A stretch of DNA of 64,000 nt from Xenococcaceae cyanobacterium (lineage in GTDB: Bacteria; Cyanobacteriota; Cyanobacteriia; Cyanobacteriales; JBFRWF01): positions 12,448 through 76,447 of the forward strand of contig JBFRWF010000101.1 in NCBI GenBank assembly GCA_051439465.1, in the 5' to 3' direction. Shown piece by piece: positions 38,236 through 47,893 of this stretch. The notes beneath the pieces are model-generated. The model was not told the origin of the DNA. It saw only the letters and a program-made list of their open reading frames with translations, and did not search any database. The translations under genes were made by a program, and so were the position numbers. Numbering within the stretch: position 1 is the first letter of the stretch; each line of letters begins with the position of its first letter.

Positions 38236-41200
38236 TTAGAATTGATATCCAATGTCCGCGCCAGACACCATAAATCCAGCCCAGTAGTAGGGATGATCAA
38301 AAGGTTTGATGTCAGGATTGTGCCTCTGCTTGCGCTTCAAGTCATCACGCTGCCTCTGGAGTTCCCCAATCTGATTGCTGATAAGCTCTCGTTCCTTAGT
38401 CCCGAAGGAAAGTGTTTTACGTTGTATTTCAAGCCGATCCAGTATTGATTGAATGCAGTTAATCACAAGACTTGGGGTTGCCTCTTTGTATAACCAGTGT
38501 TGCGCAGCACATAATGCCTTACTAGGACTCAAGCCTTCTGTGATATAGTGGAGATAAAATCTCTCCATTAACAATGCTGAGGAGACATCGTCTACTGCCC
38601 ACAGGGTACTAACGACCGAGGATGCTCCAGCAAATAGGAATCCGCTGGTAATCCCAAGGTATTCGTCTACGAGATCTTCGGGGTCAGTGATATTCGTTTC
38701 GCAAGCTGAAAGAACCACCAGTCCTGTTTCTGACAGAGGTATTTCCTCGTCGAAGAGACTACTTAACGATATAAATTCGGGTCTTGCAAGTAGCAAACGT
38801 GACTCTAAGGGATCGTCCCATTTATATTCTCCATGACAGGAAAAGTGTAAGGCTGACTTCTTCTGAGATTTTTTTACGCTTTCTTGGCAAGCGCTTTCTC
38901 CATGAAACAATTCTACGTCATTTCTCTCAAGGTGGAAAGCATTTTTCCGACTAAGTTTTAACTTTTTTCCAGAGACTGAGAAATATGTCAATATACGCTC
39001 AATCTCGTATACGCTAAATGGCAAGTCACCAGTAGGATTTGAAAAGGCAGTAAGGCTTTTTGAAAGTTTGGGCCGAGTTGTCCGCTCTTGACAAATTTGA
39101 GCTAGGGTACTACTTGGGCTATAACTAATTTCGTAATCTTCTTGTAGATATCGACACTGACCACTTTTTTGGGAGCATCCCATTTTGGAAAAAGCATATC
39201 TCATTAAGCTATATAAGCCTGATTCTACAGTCCACCTAAAAAAGTAGATTAGCCAAAACGGGATGCTCCCACTTTTTTTGTACCAACAAGCATGTAAAGG
39301 TAATAGATGTAAAGCTCTATGAGGTACAAAGGTAACTCGCTTGATGTGCCATTCTTTCAATTGTTCATCTACTTGGCACAGCAATTCATCATAAACCTGA
39401 CCCAGTGTATGCTTGATGGCATCGTACCATGCTTCTGGCTTTGTCTTGCGATTTCGATAGGGTTCAACCCAACCTGTTGTCATTAAGCTGTGCAAGTGTT
39501 CAAGGGTAAAATCTGGCTGGAAGATGAGCTTCAAAGCTGTGGGATCATCCAATTTGGGAGGTAGATCTGGGGACTTATTCTCCTCTAATGAGCAACCGCG
39601 TGACAGGTAGATAATAGTACCTTGCTCTGTGACTTGGAACTCGACTAAAGCTGTATCAGGTTGTTTGGCAAGGGCTAAACGCATATTAACAAAGGAGGTT
39701 GTTTCGCCACGAGCCAGCCGAAAAACATAACTCCAGCGGCTGCGTGACAGTTTCTCCCAAGCGTCAGTGAGCGAGGCTTGGGCTTGATCGAACCGCTGTT
39801 GTGAAGATCGCTTGCTATCCTGTGCGCGGGTACGGAAGATTGGCGCTGGTGCATCCTTATCTTTTGGAGTCCGGGGGCGGGTGGTAACGTAGATTTTCCC
39901 TCGACCAGTAATCAGGTTTAAAACCTCCAACAGGGCTTCCAATTCCCGCAGAGTTTGTTCAGAGTTGATGTCTTTACCTTCTATCAGATCAACTATAGTT
40001 TGGCGACCTTTTTCAGTTTGGCGACCTTCTTCAGTTTGGCGACCTTCTTCAAACACCAACAAACCAAGCCCTTGCTCTTCCCTATCCATTTGACGAAGTT
40101 CATTGAGGCGACGGCAACCTGTTTCAAACCAATCACGTAAAGTAACAACTGAAGGCACATCAAAATTGCCCTTAGCTCTCTTGCGTAAGCTGGAGATAAC
40201 TTGATGAATCAATCCAAACGCCTCCCTTATGGAAGCTGCTAATGGATGTCCTGGAAGGCGACCTGCAATCTGCCACAATTGTTTGACTATCCATGGCACC
40301 CTCGATTCATGCCTCCCCCGATTCAGATATTCATCTAGAGCCTGCTCTTGTACGGGAACTGCAACAGGTAGTTTAGGTGCATTTTTAGCTGGTTCGATGC
40401 CCACCAATTCTTGTGTCCCTTCCGGTGCATCAGGGTCTCCTCCCTGAGCAATTACTCTCGCTCGACGAACTGCCGCCCAAAAATCTTCTTGGGCTCGCTC
40501 ATAGTGTCTAACTGGTGGACGTTGCTTCCGGACAATCAAGTCTCCTAGATATCTTGTCTTAGCCGCTTCTAGCGTTTCCCATGCCTGACTATCTGCCCCC
40601 AAGCGAAGATAACCTAGAGCCAAACCATCATAGATTTTAGCTTTATCAGCAAAAAAGTGGCGCAATCCTTTTTCTTCGATGGGCTGCATAAACCAACTGC
40701 GTGAAATCAGGGAAACAGCTTGTCTATACATCTCGAAAGCTAATGTGTCGTTGTTGCTATCGACCAGTCGCTGACCTAACTTGCTCAGTCCCTGCCAGGC
40801 TATAGAGGTGTTTCCCAGGCTACGAGTCAGAGCCAGAATCTGGAGGGTAATTTTTCTCAGTTTATCTTCCGGTCCCAGTTGAATAAAAGTTCGGACAACT
40901 CTATCGCTGAATTCAAAGCAAAATCGAGCTACCTTTAAAATCTCTGTATCGTTTTTTTCATTGTTTATATTAAATGTTTCAAGCTTGTTTTGGAAATATT
41001 TTAAGATTTCTTCGTAAAACAATCCCTCTTCGATTGCTAATCGTGCTGATAACGCTAGCCTACGCGCAACGTCGTGAGATGATTCGCCTGGACTAATAGG
41101 TTTTGTAGAGAACTCTCCCAGTCCTTCACCACTTCTACGCCATGTTTCGTATTCTTCAATAAGCCAAGGCTTTGTCTGGCGAATAATGAGGAGATATCTT

Positions 41201-41769
41201 TGGAAGGTATCAAGGAGGTTGGAGCCAATCTCTCGAATAATAAACCGGAACTCATCGTCGGGTTGTCGGGAAGATATCTCCCTACTCCTTGTTCTAAGAA
41301 AGGACTCTAGCTCCGAATCTTCTGCCCAAGTCACAAATTCCTGAAGTAAGGGATGTAGCATATATTCATACCCTTCTTGCCAGAAATTATTGTAATACAA
41401 GCAGCCTCCGCAAGATGCAAAATGTGCCATCTGCCTCTCGATGTTAGGCTCACCGATCATCCGACAGTTCTGGAATATGACCATGAGACTGACCAAGTTG
41501 GAGGGAGCTAGAAAGGGAGCATCCCATTTTTGTAATATCATTCCCAAAAGTAACGATAGTGCAAGAGTTTCAGATCCCTTTAAAATGGCTAACCTGCACA
41601 AATGGGATGCTCCCGCTAGAAATCCCTGCCTGACTCCCGCTGTCTTGATGAACTCCAGTGCCAAAGCCTCTAAACGAGAGTAATCCTCGTCCTGCCGAAA
41701 AAAACTTATATTGTTCTCATAAAGCCAGGTAAGGAATGGAATTAGTTGGTAACTGGGCAGAGGGATCAT
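38236..41769 (-). CDS. TPR-like + CHAT (caspase-like) domain protein
   Basis: TFVPHRALHLLPLHA, LHFSCHG, VVLSACET, GASSVVSTLWAVDD, HPYYWAGF; internal 18-bp repeat x3 (EEGRQT). Confidence 0.9.
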   Translation of the reverse strand: MIPLPSYQLIPFLTWLYENNISFFRQDEDYSRLEALALEFIKTAGVRQGFLAGASHLCRLAILKGSETLALSLLLGMILQKWDAPFLAPSNLVSLMVIFQNCRMIGEPNIERQMAHFASCGGCLYYNNFWQEGYEYMLHPLLQEFVTWAEDSELESFLRTRSREISSRQPDDEFRFIIREIGSNLLDTFQRYLLIIRQTKPWLIEEYETWRRSGEGLGEFSTKPISPGESSHDVARRLALSARLAIEEGLFYEEILKYFQNKLETFNINNEKNDTEILKVARFCFEFSDRVVRTFIQLGPEDKLRKITLQILALTRSLGNTSIAWQGLSKLGQRLVDSNNDTLAFEMYRQAVSLISRSWFMQPIEEKGLRHFFADKAKIYDGLALGYLRLGADSQAWETLEAAKTRYLGDLIVRKQRPPVRHYERAQEDFWAAVRRARVIAQGGDPDAPEGTQELVGIEPAKNAPKLPVAVPVQEQALDEYLNRGRHESRVPWIVKQLWQIAGRLPGHPLAASIREAFGLIHQVISSLRKRAKGNFDVPSVVTLRDWFETGCRRLNELRQMDREEQGLGLLVFEEGRQTEEGRQTEKGRQTIVDLIEGKDINSEQTLRELEALLEVLNLITGRGKIYVTTRPRTPKDKDAPAPIFRTRAQDSKRSSQQRFDQAQASLTDAWEKLSRSRWSYVFRLARGETTSFVNMRLALAKQPDTALVEFQVTEQGTIIYLSRGCSLEENKSPDLPPKLDDPTALKLIFQPDFTLEHLHSLMTTGWVEPYRNRKTKPEAWYDAIKHTLGQVYDELLCQVDEQLKEWHIKRVTFVPHRALHLLPLHACWYKKSGSIPFWLIYFFRWTVESGLYSLMRYAFSKMGCSQKSGQCRYLQEDYEISYSPSSTLAQICQERTTRPKLSKSLTAFSNPTGDLPFSVYEIERILTYFSVSGKKLKLSRKNAFHLERNDVELFHGESACQESVKKSQKKSALHFSCHGEYKWDDPLESRLLLARPEFISLSSLFDEEIPLSETGLVVLSACETNITDPEDLVDEYLGITSGFLFAGASSVVSTLWAVDDVSSALLMERFYLHYITEGLSPSKALCAAQHWLYKEATPSLVINCIQSILDRLEIQRKTLSFGTKERELISNQIGELQRQRDDLKRKQRHNPDIKPFDHPYYWAGFMVSGADIGYQF

Positions 41770-42071
41770 ATGGCTTTCACCTACTAAAATTCAGTGCAAA
41801 TTATGGCTGTTGTTAGCTGTAGCGTGCCAATGAGTGCGGGCAGATTTCTCTCAGTCCAGCAGACTTAGATATTTTTTGCCCATTGTCATTATATCTCTGA
41901 ATTGAAGCCCCGAAATAAAAAAATAGTAAAAAAAATTAAGATAACTCGCCAGAGGTATCGAGGGTTGGATGGCTTTTCAGTACTCTTATCATCTCTTCTC
42001 ATCTGCTGAAATGAACAAAATTTGTAGTAGTTGTTCAGTTCTCTAGAGTCTCTCTACTGACTAACTGGATG

Positions 42072-42638
42072 TCAATCCCAAAGCCCCTCAAACCGATTGG
42101 CACTCAGCCGAGTGTACCTGACGGTGTTCTGAATATTGGTGTGTCCCAAGTAGTCTTGAATTAGCCGAGTATCATATCCCTTGTTGGCAAGGTAATAGCC
42201 GCAGCTATGCCGAAGCAGATGAGACCTGACTTCAAACTCAAAGTCAGCAGCTCTTCCAGCTTGTAGGATAATGTGAGCCACAGAACGGGGTGAAAGAGGA
42301 GTACCTCGCTCACTTCGGAACACAAAGGGAAAGTCGGAATCTTTGAGCCGACGAAGTGCTCTGATTTCATCACCTTGGAGTGGATAACGCCCCGAACGAG
42401 AACCCTTCTGACCGCAGATATAAATGGTCCCACCTTAGAGGTCGATATCCGACCATCGGAGATTGGCAGCTTCTGAGCGGCGCAGGCCATGACGGTACAT
42501 GATGAGAATCAAAGTCGAGTCCCTGCCTGGATTCCGACTTGACTTCTTAGCTGTCGTAATGAGCCTCTTAATTTCACTTGCGGTGAGGTGGTCTCTTTCA
42601 ACATTGCCACTTTTAGTATTTGGCGACGATAGTTTCAC
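42072..42638 (-). pseudogene. FimB/FimE-like tyrosine recombinase with one in-frame TAA
   Basis: RHGLR ... DIDL*GGTIYI ... HLLRHSCG, LGH, VRYT; both halves are in the same frame, with the stop at 42435-42437. Confidence 0.85.
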
Positions 42639-42843
42639 GTTGGTAAATTACGGATTTAACTAGGTTTGTCGCCTAATACATTGCCGAAATTGGTCAGACA
42701 TGGCAAAGTTTAGAGGGGCGTATATACATTAATTGTTACAAAACTTTACAAGGAAATTGATTAACAACTTCTATCCCTTTCATCGATAAAGTTTGAACTT
42801 ATTAAAGTTGATCCTCGCCTATTGCTGGAATTCACCTCATTAT

Positions 42844-42869
42844 AAAAGGGGTAGTTAACTCAGATTCAG
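42844..42869. mobile_element. Solo right end of the CCAAATCCGGG MITE family
   Basis: AAAAGGGGTAGTTAACTCAGATTCAG-TA. Confidence 0.6.
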
Positions 42870-42871
42870 TA

Positions 42872-42924
42872 TAATCCACAATTGAGACTCATCGAGATTG
42901 AAGGAGGAACTTATGGCTTACTGA
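42872..42924 (+). repeat. Orphan copy of the precursor-gene spacer/RBS/start module
   Basis: TAATCCACAATTGAGACTCA is identical to 56045-56064; TCATCGAGATTGAAGGAGGAACTTATGGCT matches 55880-55909 at 28/30; the frame ends after MAY*. Confidence 0.8.
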
Positions 42925-42986
42925 GGTTCTGGAAAGTCGGCGATCGCTCACTTAATCGCGGCTAAGGCTTTGACCCAATTCCGCAT

Positions 42987-44900
42987 TCAGTCCTCCTCCA
43001 CTGCTCCCAACTCTTTCAATGTCGCTTTCTGCGCCTCTGTTAAACCTGTAACTCCTGTAATCTTCATCCCCTCATAGGGACGCTCAGCTCTGAGGGTCTT
43101 CAGATACTCGCCAGTCCTGACGTCCCAGAGTCTGATCGTTTTATCTGCACTACTACTGGCGAGGATTTGCCCAACTCCTTCGGAGAAGGCTTCGCCTACG
43201 GGACTCCAGGTCACCGTTCGCACCCAATTACTGTGCCCTTGCAATGTTCTGAGGTACTGTCCCCTCCTAGGGTTCCACAACCTGACCATTCGATCAATAC
43301 CGCCACTGGCAAGGATTTGCCCATCGGGACTCCAGGTTACGGACCAGACGGCATCTCCTTTCCCTTCCAGAGTTCTAAGACATTGTCCCGTTAAGGGGTT
43401 CCACAGTTTGATGGTTTGATCGGTGCTGCCACTGGCAAGGGTTCGTCCATCAGGACTCCAGGCTACAGCTCGAATCCAATTGCTATGTCCTTGCAAAGTT
43501 CTAAGACACTGTCCTGTTCTGGGGTCCCACAGTCTGACCATTTGATCGACACTGCCACTGGCAAGGGTTTGCTCAACTCCTTCGGAGAAGGCTTCGCCTA
43601 CGGGACTCCAGGCTACAGACCACACCCAACTGGTATATCCCTCCTGAAGGATTGACAATGGCTGACCATCCGCCACTCGCCACAGGCGAATCTCACCATT
43701 ACTATTTCCTGTAGCTAGGATCTGGCCATCAGGGCTGAAGGCAACAGATAAGATACTAGTGAAAGTTTGAGTAAAAACGGATTTGGCTAAATCAGCATAG
43801 GCAAAATTGACTTGATGCAAATTCACTTTCTGGAGATAGGCATGCCAAACTCTCAAATAAGAAAAATCATAACTACTTAAATCAATTTTGAGGTGATGGG
43901 CGAGGTTAATCAGATTGCCACCAGCATAGCCTGAGGTGGGGAGTGGGGAAATGGGGGGATGGGAAGGGCTATGAGAGCGCAGTTGCATGAGGATAGAGTG
44001 GAGTTGCCCCTCAAGTACCTTTTTAGACCCAAAGGTTGTGCGCAGTTGCTCAGCAATTGGCTCTAAAATTAGCCGGATTTGACTTTCTCTGACATAGTCT
44101 TTAACTGTGGTTTTAATTAGGGCATGACTATTGAATAGGGATGAAGGGTGAGGGATAATTCCACCTTCCGATGTGAGCTCTGTATAAACCTGCTCAGTTA
44201 AGCGGTCGGTGACATATTCCATTACGACAGGTTGTTGGGTGTAACCGTCGGATTGTTTCTCAATCAGCGTAGGCGTAGCCTTCTCGATTAGCGATCGCCA
44301 CCGCAGAGATTCCAAAGACTCCAATAATTTTGATTTGGAGACAGCCGGGACAATATCTGCTGCTAATTCCGAGATTTTGGTCCACTCCCGATTAATCGCC
44401 AACCAATACATAATCGTCTGTTCTACAGGAGAGAGACGATTGAACTGTTGGTCGAGAAGTCTTTGAATACCGTTGAAAATAGCAGTATCTTGCTCTAGAA
44501 ATTCTCCAATCTCACCGTCGAATAAGTCTTGAATTGAGGTGGCAACAATCTTTAGTGGTAGGGGACTATAACTATAGCGATCGCATAATTCTTGTTGCTG
44601 TTCCTCGGAACCGAGCAGTCCACTGGCTTGAATCAGGGCTAATGAGGTATCCAAAGAACCACTCAGTTGCAACGAACGTACCGATAACTCGATTCCCTCA
44701 AAGGTGGCAAGTTCGGCTGGTTTCTCCCGTGAAGTAAGGAGTAGACAACTCTGGTGGGCAGTTTCTCCCACTAACCGGAGCAGTTCTCCATATCCCTCAT
44801 AACCTGGGCGATATTTTCCCACGCACTCCCCCGGCTGTAGGATTGTCTCCAGATTGTCCAAAATCACCAGACAGCGGGAGTCTCGCAAGCACTGAAGCAA
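42987..44900 (-). pseudogene. NB-ARC + WD40 protein lacking its N-terminus and Walker A
   Basis: Starts at CLVILDNLE (Walker B), LLLTSRE, GGNLINL, then WD40 repeats and the typical [10 protein letters not shown] end. Confidence 0.75.
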
Positions 44901-44980
44901 GCATCCCAGAGTAACAGAGCTTTCATCGGATAAAGTCCATAAGTAATTTAGATCATGACTATCTCAAAAAATATCTTTAT

Positions 44981-45679
44981 TCAAAAATTAGACTCCCAAA
45001 GTTGGGCTAAGGTAACAACTTTGTATTCCTTCTGTCTGAGTTGAATAAGTAACTTACTAAGGACATCGGCAGTATTTATGGCTCGTTCTAACGACCCACC
45101 ATGCATTCCTAAAATTGAGCCAGGAAAGATAAATTGAGATGCATACTTTATCCTAAAGTTCGGATTGTTTGTTGGTGGGCGAGTATCTAATGGAACGATA
45201 GAAGCTAAAGCAAATTTATCGTAATATCCAGGCATCTCTTTCAAAGTTCTGATCATCCCCTCATTATAAAGTGCTTGTCCTGGACGAAACCACTTAATTT
45301 TTGCCCTGGATGTACTAGATAATATTTGATGAGCCTGGCTTATCTCAGTTTTAAAGTCAGCAGTATCTAATGAGGCATGACGGTGGTCCTTCTGCCCATG
45401 ATTGCCAATTTCATGTCCTCGATTTAATATCTCATCGAGCATTGTTCTAGAATAATCTAAATAATTAGTAATAACAAAGAAAGTTGCTCTTATTCGTTCC
45501 CGCTCATTGTTTATTTTCTTATTAAAGTCATCAATTACATCGAGAATCTTTAGGGTGTCAGATCCTCCAACATCATCAATTGTTAGTGAAACTACTCTAG
45601 ATGATGTTTTTTTGTAAAATACAGCATCAGGAAAGAACTGAGATATACCTGCAACAAGACTACGTTTAATTAAACTCAT
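44981..45679 (-). CDS. Polysaccharide (chitin/NodB-type) deacetylase
   Basis: LTIDD, HEIGNHG..DH, WFRPG, ILGMHG. Confidence 0.85.
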   Translation of the reverse strand: MSLIKRSLVAGISQFFPDAVFYKKTSSRVVSLTIDDVGGSDTLKILDVIDDFNKKINNERERIRATFFVITNYLDYSRTMLDEILNRGHEIGNHGQKDHRHASLDTADFKTEISQAHQILSSTSRAKIKWFRPGQALYNEGMIRTLKEMPGYYDKFALASIVPLDTRPPTNNPNFRIKYASQFIFPGSILGMHGGSLERAINTADVLSKLLIQLRQKEYKVVTLAQLWESNF

Positions 45680-45849
45680 CTCCTTATAAGTAGATGGACA
45701 TAAATAAACTGAACTGTGCGAAGATTTGTTAAGCCAGAGCTGTAACAGTAGGAATTGCTATGTCATCTCCGCCCTTAAGAGCTTTCCTTCTATATAAGGG
45801 ATTGAGACTATTTGAACTTGTCATATCTGCCTGGACAGACCACTAGGTA

Positions 45850-46109
45850 CGATCGCCGTTGATGACATGAAAAAAGTTCCCACTTCATAGTGGATCCAAA
45901 CTCAGGTGAGTGAATTGATGAAGCCTCTGGAAACCATCACCACCGTCAACTGCGATCAATCTTTGTTAGAGGTAGTGAAGCTACTGGAGACGCAGGAGGA
46001 GGTGAAACAGCTAACCGTGGTGCGAGAAAATGGCGTAGTTGTGGGACTGCTGGAGAAGGCTTCGATTATCACTCTCCTGCAACAACAAGCGCAAACAACA
46101 CCAGCTTAA
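45850..46109 (+). pseudogene. C-terminal CBS-domain remnant, probably of a site-2 protease
   Basis: IAVDDMKKVPTS*WIQTQVSELMKP...LLEVVKLLE...VVGLLEKASII; no upstream coding body. Confidence 0.6.
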
Positions 46110-46132
46110 TTAGCAATTGAATTTTGTCGCTT

Positions 46133-46339
46133 TTAGTTGGCTAGATCGACCAAAGCATCTGGACGAAATCGGACTATGCGCGAGGCATAGTAGCGATAAC
46201 GATCGCCAATGAAGACTGATAGCGTGATATTGGTCTGACCGGGATCGAGGATGTATTTCACCGTGCAGACCTGCATCTTAGTATTGAAGTAAGTAACGAT
46301 GCGATCGCCAACTCGAATATCTAACGCTTGAATTTGCAT
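46133..46339 (-). CDS. Conserved small hypothetical protein
   Basis: 68-aa ORF with ATG, MQIQALDIRVGDRI; SH3-like beta pattern; follows rbp. Confidence 0.6.
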   Translation of the reverse strand: MQIQALDIRVGDRIVTYFNTKMQVCTVKYILDPGQTNITLSVFIGDRYRYYASRIVRFRPDALVDLAN

Positions 46340-46352
46340 GACTACTTAACCT

Positions 46353-46649
46353 CTAGAATCTGTTATTTCTTCGACCGCCACCAAATGAGCCTCTGTTGTC
46401 GCGGTCTTCGCGAGGTTTGGCTTTGTTGACTTTCAGATCGCGTCCCATCCATTGGGCTCCATCAAGAGCTTCAATAGCAGAATCTTCTTGAGTGAGCGTC
46501 TCCATTTCCACGAAAGCAAAGCCGCGCAAGCGACCCGTTTCCCGGTCGGTGGGCAGGTGGACTCGTCTGACCGAACCATATTCAGCAAAGACAGAATTTA
46601 GCTCTTCTTCTGTAACCTCGTAAGATAGATTACCTACATAAATCGACAT
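46353..46649 (-). CDS. rbp: RRM RNA-binding protein (Rbp family)
   Basis: MSIYVGNLSY (RNP2), RGFAFVEM (RNP1), Gly/Arg tail. Confidence 0.95.
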   Translation of the reverse strand: MSIYVGNLSYEVTEEELNSVFAEYGSVRRVHLPTDRETGRLRGFAFVEMETLTQEDSAIEALDGAQWMGRDLKVNKAKPREDRDNRGSFGGGRRNNRF

Positions 46650-47089
46650 AGATTGTCTCCGTTCATCAGAATGTATGTAGAGATTGAGCTGTCGGAGAGA
46701 ACCTTGTCAAGACCAAACGGGAAAAACCTGTCAATACTAAAAACAAACTCTGCTACCGATACTTATTCTCGACTTCCATCCTAACACCTGTACCGGGGGA
46801 GTTGCCGGACGTGCTGACTTTTGCCTGGATGCCTTTGAGCGCAGCGAGTGGCGATCGCGCCTTTCCGTGAAATCTAACATTGAAGTCAATTGCTTTATCT
46901 ACATCATGAAGAGGTTGGTAGCGATCGCCTTTTGGATAGGTTGGTAGCGATCTCCCTTTGGGGGGGAGTGAACTATTGCATTGCCTCCCGTCTCAAAAGC
47001 GCAAGTTGTGACCGTGCGAAGTATAGTATCAACTAATACTACAAACTGAAAATCATTGAACTTGAGAAGACAAGACAAAATTGTGATCC

Positions 47090-47743
47090 ATGAAAGATAA
47101 CAAAATTCAACAACGCTTCTCGAATATTTATCACCAACACAAGTGGGCGGGAAGGTCGCGAAGTGGTTCAGGTTCAGACCTGGAAAATGTGTTTGTCTAC
47201 CTTGGTATCCTACAAAGTTTACTTAATGATTCAGAACGTTCAATCAACAGCGTTGTGGATCTTGGTTGTGGAGATTGGTCTTTTTCTAAAACGATAAACT
47301 GGGGAACGATTTCTTATACTGGCATAGATATTGTGCCTGAGTTGATCGACGACTTAAACACAGGCTATGGGAATCGAAAAATTAAGTTCATACATGCAAA
47401 CATTGTAGATGACAAACTTCCCAAAGCTGATTTAGCAATATGCAAAGATGTATTGCAGCACCTTTCCAATAAATCTGTTGGAATTATCTTAAGGAAATTA
47501 ATGCAATACAAATATGCATTAATCACGAATGATATTTATAGAGGATTGAGAATGTCTAACTGGTTGAGCAACGTAAGAGTTCCACTTCAAAGGCCAAATA
47601 CGGAAATAAATGACGGAGGCTCTAGACCTCTGAATCTAACAAAAGAACCGTTTAATTTTCCCGCAAAAGAACTTCTCTGCTACGAAGTTAAATACAGTTT
47701 TTTTCTCTTTACAAAACAAGTATTGCTTTTCGAGGTTTCATGA
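47090..47743 (+). CDS. Class I SAM-dependent methyltransferase
   Basis: SGSGS, VVDLGCGD, YTGIDIV, KDVLQHL. Confidence 0.8.
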   Translation: MKDNKIQQRFSNIYHQHKWAGRSRSGSGSDLENVFVYLGILQSLLNDSERSINSVVDLGCGDWSFSKTINWGTISYTGIDIVPELIDDLNTGYGNRKIKFIHANIVDDKLPKADLAICKDVLQHLSNKSVGIILRKLMQYKYALITNDIYRGLRMSNWLSNVRVPLQRPNTEINDGGSRPLNLTKEPFNFPAKELLCYEVKYSFFLFTKQVLLFEVS

Positions 47744-47893
47744 ATGGCGTACACCGCCAGGTTAAACAAAAGCAGTTTGCGGCTACTGGTTGACAGAAAA
47801 AACTCCTTAAAGTACTATAGCTACGTACCTGTCCTGCCTGAAAATAAATGATACTGTTGGTTGATTTGTAATCGCTTTATCATTCAGTTGCTG

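Noticed and set aside
47026-47039. NtcA box GTATCAACTAATAC upstream of the methyltransferase
   Set aside because: Matches GTA-N8-TAC, but there is no -10 element at the usual spacing and such 6-bp matches are expected by chance many times in 64 kb.
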